From the IMG/VR virus record IMGVR_UViG_3300043395_002359, positions 29,041-93,040 of that record: 64,000 nucleotides of DNA. The stretch is one strand, 5' to 3'. Below the pieces are notes generated by a model. That model saw only the letters and a list, made by a program, of their open reading frames with translations. It ran no database searches and was not told the DNA's origin. Source of the DNA: a virus. The position numbers and the translations under genes are program-made. Positions 56,782 to 64,000 of the stretch are shown here, piece by piece (position 1 is the stretch's first letter; every line of letters begins with the position of its first letter).

Positions 56782-57015
56782 ATGAATGATTTAGTTGACT
56801 CAACGGCGTTTCTGATCTCTACTGGCAGCAACGACCCATGGGTGACATCTTCTTCTGTTCTAAAGGCTATTGCAGTTAACCTTCGCGTTACTGGAGAATC
56901 AAATTCAGACCCAGGCTTGATCCATGCCGCAAATTGGATTGATTCGCAAATCGAACTCTTCACCTTCTCCGCTCTTGAACTGAAATGTATCTCGTCTCCT
57001 GCCAAACAAATTTGA
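56782..57015 (+). CDS. Hypothetical protein
   Basis: 77 aa ORF. Confidence 0.45.
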   Translation: MNDLVDSTAFLISTGSNDPWVTSSSVLKAIAVNLRVTGESNSDPGLIHAANWIDSQIELFTFSALELKCISSPAKQI

Positions 57016-57371
57016 ACAAACCAGAACCCGATAATGACATCGCCGGCGATCTGGCGGAAATTATTGAATTCAAACTAATGGGTATCGAAACAGTTAAAGG
57101 TAAATCATGGCAAGATTATGCCATGGAAATACTGGAGCAATACCACAAGAACAGGTCTGGTCAGGTTATTGACTTTAAGCCATTGTGGAGAACCCTATAT
57201 GAAGGGTATTGCTCGATGGATAAATCGTACTCGCCTAATATAGTGTTTATGCAAATGATAAAATCATTTAAGACTAGAATTGATACAGACTTCCCTAACG
57301 AGGAAATCAGCAGGGACATCTTGCTTGACTATCTGGATAAGGAAATCGAAAAAGCAATGGAGTGCGATTGA
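56985..57371 (+). CDS. Hypothetical protein (start uncertain)
   Basis: Helical protein-like ORF. Confidence 0.6.
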   Translation: MYLVSCQTNLNKPEPDNDIAGDLAEIIEFKLMGIETVKGKSWQDYAMEILEQYHKNRSGQVIDFKPLWRTLYEGYCSMDKSYSPNIVFMQMIKSFKTRIDTDFPNEEISRDILLDYLDKEIEKAMECD

Positions 57372-57674
57372 GTGGCGGCAAGACCAACCCATGGCTATTA
57401 CTCCAAAAATAGGAGTGAAGTTGATGTCTATCTAACGCACGCATCTAGGCCAGTCAATCCAAACAAATTCTCCAAATTCATAGGTGTCCACAAAAACAGC
57501 AACCCACTCAAGCCTTATAGAGCTGCTATACGCTTTAAGGGCAAAAAGTACCAAATTGGCGTATTTGCAGACGAAATAGAGGCTGCAAAAGCCTATAACA
57601 AAGTGGCTTTGAGTCTTATTGGTCCTAGGGCTTTAATCAATGAAATCCCAGAAACGACTCAGGAATCTAACTAA
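57372..57674 (+). CDS. AP2-domain DNA-binding protein
   Basis: SKFIGV...YRAAIR...IGVFADEIEAAKAYNKVA. Confidence 0.85.
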   Translation: MAARPTHGYYSKNRSEVDVYLTHASRPVNPNKFSKFIGVHKNSNPLKPYRAAIRFKGKKYQIGVFADEIEAAKAYNKVALSLIGPRALINEIPETTQESN

Positions 57675-57909
57675 TTTCCCCTTGGCCGGCAGCAAAAGCA
57701 CTTTAACTGAAGCCGACGATTTGGGTTCTCCAATAGAGACGCCGCCGTGCTGCTCTGTATGGAAGGACATCAGACACGAATTTGTGTGGTATGCTTTTGC
57801 TGAGTACCCAGGCTACTTGTGTATGCCATCCACAAAAGAGGGATGGAGGATCAACTTTTGTCCATCATGTGGCAAGCCATCCCGTGGCTCAATCTGGAAA
57901 CCGCAATGA
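57640..57909 (+). CDS. Cys-rich hypothetical protein
   Basis: CC...INFCPSCGK. Confidence 0.6.
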   Translation: MKSQKRLRNLTNFPLAGSKSTLTEADDLGSPIETPPCCSVWKDIRHEFVWYAFAEYPGYLCMPSTKEGWRINFCPSCGKPSRGSIWKPQ

Positions 57910-58190
57910 CTAACAAGAGAACATTTCTGCCACCACCTCAAGAACTGATAGACAGGTGGGTAAAAGAGTCCGACTCCAGGCCTACTATGCAAACAGCATG
58001 GAGTTATGTGGTCTACAAGTCTTCCGAGTGGGGGTATAACCAAGCCTTCGAGCCTCATCCTGATAGCATAAAGGCAAAAGCCCTTAGGGCGCTATCCAAG
58101 ATCGAAGCACTGGATATTGTATCCGTGTGGATTGGTAAAGATGCCGTGCAACAAATAAAAAACGCCCTCGAATCACTCCCTAATCACTGA
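57906..58190 (+). CDS. Divergent PITPPPEL-family member
   Basis: LPPPQELIDRW...EWGYNQ...SIKAKALRAL...IKNALESLP. Confidence 0.7.
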   Translation: MTNKRTFLPPPQELIDRWVKESDSRPTMQTAWSYVVYKSSEWGYNQAFEPHPDSIKAKALRALSKIEALDIVSVWIGKDAVQQIKNALESLPNH

Positions 58191-58408
58191 TGGCTAACTC
58201 TATTGCTACCCCAAAGGGTTTAGAAAATTATTATGTGCTATCTGGCAGAGCCTTTATTCAATTAGCTGGTGTCTTGAAAAACAAAGGCATAAGTTCTATT
58301 GCTCCATCACAACTGGAAGAAATGGGTCGACAAATTATTCAAGTCGTCACAAAGCAAAATAATTCCTGATGGAATGAATGGTAAAATATTCTATCCCGTA
58401 CTTGAGCC

Positions 58409-58837
58409 ATGAACGAAAATCAGGTCCAAATTGAAGTTGATAGCGATGTCAATGTCGAAGATATCGATATCGAAGAGGATGTTTACGAGCTTCATCGGCA
58501 TGTCAATGCTGATGGAACAATAGTTGAAAGAATGGTCAAAAGGCCAAAGGAAAAGCCTAACCTTCTAAAAAGTGCTGCCCAAACAGCTAAGGATCTTGCT
58601 GGTGGAGGCTTTGCTCCTGGCACAGTGTCCAAAGCAAGGCTTGATATTTGCCTGAAATGCGAATATCTAAGCCATAACGTTACCTGCAATCTTTGCGGAT
58701 GTTTCATGGAGGCTAAGACGAGAGTGGCTTTTGCAAGTTGTCCAAAGGGCAAGTGGGGCCCGACAGAAAAAACCGGAGAAGGAGTTCCTTACCCTGCTCC
58801 AAACGCTGAGCCAATTCTCGTCAGGGAAGATCAGTAA
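58409..58837 (+). CDS. Cys-rich metal-binding protein (DUF6171-like)
   Basis: RLDICLKCE...CNLCGCF...CPKGKW; GGTAAAATAT begins 29 nt upstream. Confidence 0.7.
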   Translation: MNENQVQIEVDSDVNVEDIDIEEDVYELHRHVNADGTIVERMVKRPKEKPNLLKSAAQTAKDLAGGGFAPGTVSKARLDICLKCEYLSHNVTCNLCGCFMEAKTRVAFASCPKGKWGPTEKTGEGVPYPAPNAEPILVREDQ

Positions 58838-58882
58838 AATCGTCTGGCGTCTAAGCCATAAGAAACGCTAATAGCTGGGCCG

Positions 58883-58911
58883 TTGACACCCGCCAGCGGC
58901 TCGACTAATTT
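58883..58911 (+). promoter_or_regulatory. Sigma70-type promoter
   Basis: TTGACA-17 nt-TAATTT upstream of the ligase. Confidence 0.65.
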
Positions 58912-58936
58912 AGAGGAGTCCAAAAGGGAGTTCCCA

Positions 58937-59818
58937 ATGCCCCGAATCACCAAGCCCATGCTCGCTGGTACATACGACCCAGCTAAGGCCAAGTTTCCTT
59001 ACATGGCTACACCCAAGATCGACGGGATTCGTTTCCTCATGATTGACGGTGTTGCCGTCTCCAGAACCTTTAAGCCCATCCGCAATCAGTACGTTCAACA
59101 GCTTCTCAAGGAAACACTGCCAAATGGCACAGACGGAGAGCTGACTTGCGGTAATGATTTCCAATCGTCATCGTCGGCGATTATGTCAGTCGATGGTCGG
59201 CCTGATTTCAACTGCTGGATTTTCGATTATGTCGATCCAGGGATTGACGCTATTGACGACTATATGCAGCGTATCGAGCATCCATTCCTTAAGGAACTTG
59301 AAGATGAAAATGATTTCATCACTGTTCTAAAGCCAGAATTGGTCTTGAGCGAAGCCGAGCTGCGGCGCGTTGAACAGGACTATCTTGATGCTGGATTCGA
59401 AGGCGTGATGCTCAGGGATCCAAAGGGTGGATACAAGTTCGGTCGTTCAACCGTCAAAGAAAATACCCTGCTCAAGGTAAAGCGCTTTCTTGATGACGAA
59501 GCAGAATTGATTGATGTCCTAGAGAAGCAGCACAATCAAAACGAAGCTCAGCAAGACGCGTTTGGTCGTACCAAGCGTTCCACTGCTCAGGATGGATTGG
59601 TAGGTGCTTGCACTGCTGGTACATTGGTTGTACGTAACAGGGATGGTATGGAGTTCGGTATTGGTACCGGACTTGATGATCGCCTCAGGAATGAGATTTG
59701 GGCTAACCCAGAAGCGTACAAGGGCATGCTAGTAAAATATAAGTATTTCCCGGTTGGCATCAAAGAGAAGCCCAGGCACCCTGTCTTCCTTGGTTTTCGT
59801 CACCAAGATGACATCTGA
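58937..59818 (+). CDS. lig: ATP-dependent DNA ligase (minimal type)
   Basis: PKIDGIR, DGEL, FEGVMLR, LLKVKRF, KPRHPVFLGFR. Confidence 0.93.
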   Translation: MPRITKPMLAGTYDPAKAKFPYMATPKIDGIRFLMIDGVAVSRTFKPIRNQYVQQLLKETLPNGTDGELTCGNDFQSSSSAIMSVDGRPDFNCWIFDYVDPGIDAIDDYMQRIEHPFLKELEDENDFITVLKPELVLSEAELRRVEQDYLDAGFEGVMLRDPKGGYKFGRSTVKENTLLKVKRFLDDEAELIDVLEKQHNQNEAQQDAFGRTKRSTAQDGLVGACTAGTLVVRNRDGMEFGIGTGLDDRLRNEIWANPEAYKGMLVKYKYFPVGIKEKPRHPVFLGFRHQDDI

Positions 59819-59851
59819 TTTTCTTTACCTTAACCAATTTCGGAACACTCC

Positions 59852-60118
59852 ATGCCTTCACCTGAACAGGAAAAAGAGAACACCAAGCTAAGTGTTCTGA
59901 AGACAATCGACTTTCTTATGTCCAAGCTTGAATCAAATATATCTGATATCAAATCAGACCTACTAGAGGAAAGAGAGTATTATGCTAATCCTATACATGA
60001 ATCTTGTTCTAGGTATGAAGACTTTGTCCTAGAAGAATTAGAAAAGAGTTGTCTTACCGCAGAAGCACATTTTCACAACCTCGAGCTGTTAAGAAAATTC
60101 TGGGAAGAAGACTTCTAG
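59852..60118 (+). CDS. Hypothetical protein
   Basis: 88 aa acidic ORF. Confidence 0.6.
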   Translation: MPSPEQEKENTKLSVLKTIDFLMSKLESNISDIKSDLLEEREYYANPIHESCSRYEDFVLEELEKSCLTAEAHFHNLELLRKFWEEDF

Positions 60119-60150
60119 TTTTTACCCAGTCAAAGCCAACCCATCCTCCA

Positions 60151-60444
60151 ATGACCGCCGCCTGCTTCCACGTTATCGAGCTTAATGGCAAGCTGATATT
60201 TGAATCAATGCATTCAAATTTCAGAATGGCAATTAGCGAATACCTGAATGGAGAAAAGAATGAAGGTATTCAATTAAATATCAAAGACCTATGCGGCAAT
60301 AATGAAGAGGATATTGTGGTCAATATGACATTGGTAAGAATGAAGCAAAATCCACAGGATAATATAGTCAAGCCAGGCGCTCCGGTCAGGGTGAAAGCTC
60401 CAGTAAAGGCAGAGGCAACAGCTAGTGACACTTGCTTCTATTGA
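60151..60444 (+). CDS. Hypothetical protein
   Basis: ATG 60151 preferred. Confidence 0.55.
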   Translation: MTAACFHVIELNGKLIFESMHSNFRMAISEYLNGEKNEGIQLNIKDLCGNNEEDIVVNMTLVRMKQNPQDNIVKPGAPVRVKAPVKAEATASDTCFY

Positions 60445-60447
60445 ATC

Positions 60448-60651
60448 ATGCTAAAATCAGCAGCAGTAGCCTCAATTCTGATTTTTGTGCCAACATTTAT
60501 ATTCCTGTTGGCTTACCACATGGCTCCAGCAGTCGATGAAGAAATAGAGTCAAAAGCGTATAATGTAGTTGACAGTTATCATGGTTGTGATATCATCCGT
60601 TACACGGATACGACTAACCGTTGGCACTACTTCATGAAATGCAATGACTGA
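60448..60651 (+). CDS. Membrane-anchored hypothetical protein
   Basis: TM then VVDSYHGCDIIRY...YFMKC. Confidence 0.65.
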   Translation: MLKSAAVASILIFVPTFIFLLAYHMAPAVDEEIESKAYNVVDSYHGCDIIRYTDTTNRWHYFMKCND

Positions 60652-60838
60652 GATCACTCCACCACCAGAATTGATTCAACAATGGATCAGGGAAGCAAAC
60701 CACAATGAGCCAATGTTTGCTCAAGTAGCAATCATTGCGGCTCGATGGGGTTACCAGCAATGTAACGCTGAATACGAATTTGCCGCAATGGACTTAGTGC
60801 CGCCGACTTGGCTGGTGGAGGATGACGATGCCGAATGA
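60644..60838 (+). CDS. Truncated or chimeric PITPPPEL-family member
   Basis: ITPPPELIQQW...AARWGYQQ then an unrelated tail. Confidence 0.7.
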   Translation: MTEITPPPELIQQWIREANHNEPMFAQVAIIAARWGYQQCNAEYEFAAMDLVPPTWLVEDDDAE

Positions 60839-61064
60839 ATACAAGCGCAACGCACGCTTTAATTACTTAGCAGACTATGATTACTTTGCTAAACCAGATG
60901 ACTTCATCGAAGTAACCGAATGGTACAATGGTGAGGGCTTCGATGTTCAGCTCAGTACCAGCGCTGGTGAGCAACGCATGTCATTTAGTTGGGGTGAATA
61001 CTCAGCATTGAAGGCAACACTTGGTAACTGGGCTGATGACAATTCGGAGGATGCAAATGACTGA
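60828..61064 (+). CDS. Hypothetical protein
   Basis: DFIEVTEWYNGEGFDV; GGAGG SD. Confidence 0.7.
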   Translation: MPNEYKRNARFNYLADYDYFAKPDDFIEVTEWYNGEGFDVQLSTSAGEQRMSFSWGEYSALKATLGNWADDNSEDAND

Positions 61065-61103
61065 ACTTACTCCCGAATTGCTGATGAATTGGAGGCACTC
61101 TAA
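61057..61103 (+). pseudogene. Collapsed gene remnant
   Basis: MTELTP start joined out of frame to RIADELEAL-stop. Confidence 0.5.
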
Positions 61104-61288
61104 TGACTGAAATGAAAGAAAAAGCAAAAGAAGTTCTCTATGCTTATATGGATGTAGAAAAGGATTTGTCTCAACCTAAAATCCTCATTCATACATTCAA
61201 GGAACTCATCAACCAACTCCAACAAAGTCCTGGTGTGATTATGTGTGCTGATGTGTTAGAATTGTGTGAGGAACTGGAGGCACTATGA
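61103..61288 (+). CDS. Hypothetical protein
   Basis: GGAGG SD; ends EELEAL. Confidence 0.65.
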   Translation: MTEMKEKAKEVLYAYMDVEKDLSQPKILIHTFKELINQLQQSPGVIMCADVLELCEELEAL

Positions 61289-61506
61289 AAAACTTTGATG
61301 AAATTGATTGGGCAGTTTTGTCTGTATTTTTTATTATAATCGTTGCTGCTGGTATTATTACTTATGATGCCCAACAACAACGAGCACTCTTTCAACAAAC
61401 ATACAATAAGAACTTGGAGTGTCGTCAAGCACTCAAAGACCAAACAATAGGAAGAGTGAATGAGATTTGTGGAGAAGTTCCTGCTATTGGAGCTTTTGTG
61501 AGATGA
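61285..61506 (+). CDS. Membrane-anchored hypothetical protein
   Basis: ATGA overlap; TM helix. Confidence 0.65.
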   Translation: MKNFDEIDWAVLSVFFIIIVAAGIITYDAQQQRALFQQTYNKNLECRQALKDQTIGRVNEICGEVPAIGAFVR

Positions 61507-61544
61507 ACCAATATTATAACGACTATCCAAAAGGAATTTAAAGA

Positions 61545-61775
61545 ATGACTGACCTTGAACGACTACAAGCATATGACAAGGAACTCTCAAAAGTTATGCC
61601 TTCCGATTATAAAGATTGGTGGATGAATTCAAAGGACGAATGGCCTTTGGTTGCTCGTTATGTGATTGAGAGTTTGAAAAAGGATAGGGAATGGTGTTAT
61701 GAGACGATTGATATAATGTCAAAGAAAATTGAAGAACTTGACAGTAAATTGAAAACTTTTGAGGTGAAAGAATGA
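61545..61775 (+). CDS. Hypothetical protein
   Basis: 76 aa ORF. Confidence 0.65.
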   Translation: MTDLERLQAYDKELSKVMPSDYKDWWMNSKDEWPLVARYVIESLKKDREWCYETIDIMSKKIEELDSKLKTFEVKE

Positions 61776-61978
61776 CTAAAAGAGTACAAAAGATTATGGA
61801 GGCATTCTACAAGGATTGGACTGATGACGAACATTCCGATGACCCTATTGCTGTTGCTAATGTTCTTCAATACTTGATTGATAATCACGGAGAACCAAGA
61901 GGAACTGGAAGAGTTGATAAGGGATTTCAAGTAGTATCTGTAAAAACTTTGATGAAACTTATTCAGGAACTGAAATGA
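61772..61978 (+). CDS. Hypothetical protein
   Basis: ATGA overlap; layout resembles 61103..61288. Confidence 0.65.
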   Translation: MTKRVQKIMEAFYKDWTDDEHSDDPIAVANVLQYLIDNHGEPRGTGRVDKGFQVVSVKTLMKLIQELK

Positions 61979-62154
61979 CTGAAGCAATTGAAGTAGCATA
62001 CTACGAAGACAAAATCCTCTGTGCTTTTTCTACCCGTGATGAATGCAAAAACTTTCTCAATAAAGAATACCCCGATATTGACAAGTTTGATGTTGAGTTA
62101 AAGACTCAATTTATTAGTCCTCTTGAACCTTATGTTGGTGTAATACCACGATGA
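61975..62154 (+). CDS. Hypothetical protein (59 aa, not in ORF track)
   Basis: MTEAIEVAYY...YVGVIPR; ATGA overlaps at both ends. Confidence 0.65.
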   Translation: MTEAIEVAYYEDKILCAFSTRDECKNFLNKEYPDIDKFDVELKTQFISPLEPYVGVIPR

Positions 62155-62474
62155 CTGATCATCCAATCATCCCACCGCCGGAGCTGGTGCAGCACTGGTT
62201 TGACAGCAACACTGCCTACGCGGATGACATACGCCGAGCCGCCCAATGGGGCGCAGACCGGGAACTGGAGGCGATTCAAAAAGAGATTATTACGCAAGCC
62301 TGGTTTGTAGATCCAAGGCATCGCCTTGCTCAACTCCGCGCCGCTAGACGCCCTAACCCGCCGAGCGTAAAACAACAAGCCTTGACTGACCTTGGTAATG
62401 CGTATAACGCAAACCAAATTGACGACACAACCTACGAAAACATTTTACGCGCATTGGAGGCGTTACCCGAATGA
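62151..62474 (+). CDS. PITPPPEL-family protein
   Basis: Four conserved blocks shared with neighbours. Confidence 0.8.
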   Translation: MTDHPIIPPPELVQHWFDSNTAYADDIRRAAQWGADRELEAIQKEIITQAWFVDPRHRLAQLRAARRPNPPSVKQQALTDLGNAYNANQIDDTTYENILRALEALPE

Positions 62475-62806
62475 CTGACCACCCGATCACCCCACCGCCG
62501 GAGCTGCGGTGTGAATGGCAATCAGAGTCGCCGTTCAAGGTTATTAGCGTTGAGCGCGAAGATTACATGATTGATCGCGCCGCCCAATGGGGAGCGGACC
62601 AGGAGCTGGAGGCGTGCTGTGAGTGGCTTCACTGGCAAAACCTGGCCACACATTCCGAACTTATCCCTTCGCTCCGCGCCGCCAGACGCCCCAAGCCGCC
62701 GAGCTTGAAGGAGCAGGCGTTGGAGGCACTAGACCGCATGGATCAATTTCCTACTGCCGATGACCAACACACTATCCGCCGCGCACTGGAGCAACTACCC
62801 GAATGA
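62471..62806 (+). CDS. PITPPPEL-family protein
   Basis: Four conserved blocks; ATGA overlap. Confidence 0.8.
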   Translation: MTDHPITPPPELRCEWQSESPFKVISVEREDYMIDRAAQWGADQELEACCEWLHWQNLATHSELIPSLRAARRPKPPSLKEQALEALDRMDQFPTADDQHTIRRALEQLPE

Positions 62807-63015
62807 CGTACTTAACAGGCCACAGTCAAGAAATCAAAGGACTGCTTGCAGCTCTTGGCATTGAGTGCAAGGGCGTCACTGGGCTGCGCTTAATTGTTGA
62901 ACCCGATCGCTTTGTTCGACTTGAACTGGAGCGATCGGTCAGTACCGATGAAGTAGCGGAGCTGACAACATGGATCTTGAAGCAAAACATTGAAGCGGAG
63001 CAACTCGATGACTGA
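62803..63015 (+). CDS. Unrelated hypothetical protein inside the array
   Basis: 70 aa; overlap-coupled on both sides. Confidence 0.65.
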   Translation: MTYLTGHSQEIKGLLAALGIECKGVTGLRLIVEPDRFVRLELERSVSTDEVAELTTWILKQNIEAEQLDD

Positions 63016-63364
63016 CCACCCCATCACCCCACCGCCGGAGCTGGTGCATCAGTGGGCGAATCACTCCGCTTCTGTTCACAGGGAAAACGGCACCTACGAG
63101 CAACACGAGTTTGCTATCGCCACCCAGGCCGCCCGCTGGGGAGCTGACCAGGAGCTGGAGGCGTGTGTAGAGTGGCTTGGTGATGCTCCTGTTGTATGGG
63201 ACAACAATGGCGATCTTCATCCAGGTTCATATTTAAGAGATGCCCGTCGCCCTAAACCAAGCTTGAAGAAGCAGGCATTAGAGGCCATGCACCGCAACTG
63301 GAACCCACACAACAACGACGATTTCGACACCATCCGCCGCGCACTGGAGTCAATAAATGACTGA
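63008..63364 (+). CDS. PITPPPEL-family protein
   Basis: ATG 63008; four conserved blocks. Confidence 0.8.
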   Translation: MTDHPITPPPELVHQWANHSASVHRENGTYEQHEFAIATQAARWGADQELEACVEWLGDAPVVWDNNGDLHPGSYLRDARRPKPSLKKQALEAMHRNWNPHNNDDFDTIRRALESIND

Positions 63365-63716
63365 CCACAATCCCATTTCACCATTGAATCTTGTACCCGA
63401 GGAACTACTGGATAAATGGGTGGAAGATTGGCCCCATGCCAAAGTCAAGCACATTGAACTTGTGCCTTACATTGCCGCCATGGCTGCCCAATGGGGTGCC
63501 GACCAAGAGATACTGGCTTGCGGAAATTACCTCAAGCAATGCGCTCAGTGGGAAGAGGAAGACGTGACTGAGTTTTACAATTACCGCCGTCCCCAGCCGG
63601 CGTCCTTGAAGGAAAAGGCATACGCTGCAATTGACAAAATTGAACGCAGTGGTTACCCAACAGATGATCTTTACACCATCCGCCGCGCCCTTGAACAACT
63701 TCCCGATCACAAGTAG
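63357..63716 (+). CDS. PITPPPEL-family protein (divergent)
   Basis: AAQWGADQE, SLKEKA, TIRRALEQLPD. Confidence 0.8.
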   Translation: MTDHNPISPLNLVPEELLDKWVEDWPHAKVKHIELVPYIAAMAAQWGADQEILACGNYLKQCAQWEEEDVTEFYNYRRPQPASLKEKAYAAIDKIERSGYPTDDLYTIRRALEQLPDHK

Positions 63717-63735
63717 TCGCTTCCACTAATCACCC

Positions 63736-64000
63736 ATGACACAACAACATCCCATCACTCTGCCTCCGAAAGTGTTGCAACAGTTACGCAGTAAAGCTCC
63801 TGCTGAAGGTTGGTTTCGCGACGCATGGATTGCCGAGCAAGCCGCTAAATGGGGCGCCGACCAGGAATTACAGGCGTGCTGTGAGTGGCTGGAAAACCAA
63901 CCCCAGTGGATGGAGGATCTCCGCGCCGCCCGCCGCTCCAAGCCGCCGAGCTTGAAGAAGCAGGCGCTAATGGCATTGGAGGATGGCGACACTGGCCCTG
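63736..64000 (+). CDS. PITPPPEL-family protein, 3'-truncated by window edge
   Basis: MTQQHPITLPP...AAKWGADQELQACCEWL...LRAARRSKPPSLKKQAL; absent from ORF track. Confidence 0.8.
   Translation, partial: MTQQHPITLPPKVLQQLRSKAPAEGWFRDAWIAEQAAKWGADQELQACCEWLENQPQWMEDLRAARRSKPPSLKKQALMALEDGDTGP

Noticed and set aside
62151-64000. Diversity-generating retroelement as cause of the array variation
   Set aside because: No reverse transcriptase in the window and no template/variable pair differing only at adenines; segments differ in length

Overview
A 64-kb segment of a tailed dsDNA phage genome, most likely a cyanophage. The host is inferred from a cyanobacterial-type ThyX, two sigma factors, class II RNR and dCTP deaminase, a gene set reminiscent of P-SS2/S-CBS2-type cyanosiphoviruses. 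1-25.4 kb: virion genes (scaffold, major capsid, a ~14-kb fibre/collagen/glycosyltransferase block, lysis). 25.4-45.5 kb: replication, recombination and nucleotide metabolism (O-like initiator, DnaB, palindromic iteron array, SSAP, SSB, RusA, exonuclease, primase, RNR), with terminase and portal embedded among them. 45.5-64 kb: small accessory genes, three tRNAs, a ~1-kb island of structured non-coding RNA, DNA ligase and a tandem hypervariable gene family. Most notable signals: (i) the minus-strand ncRNA island, with a tandem pair of circularly permuted tRNA-Ala-like minihelices and a mini-tRNA; (ii) the 'PITPPPEL' paralog array of four conserved blocks and three variable segments; (iii) a GGNANNCTA promoter usually 26-32 nt before late genes, matching a SigF-like sigma that lacks a clear region 4.2; (iv) a candidate -1 frameshift extending the recombinase; (v) GNGAY hairpins in the scaffold, capsid and portal leaders. 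All calls come from reading the sequence and recalled motifs; no searches or folding programs were run.
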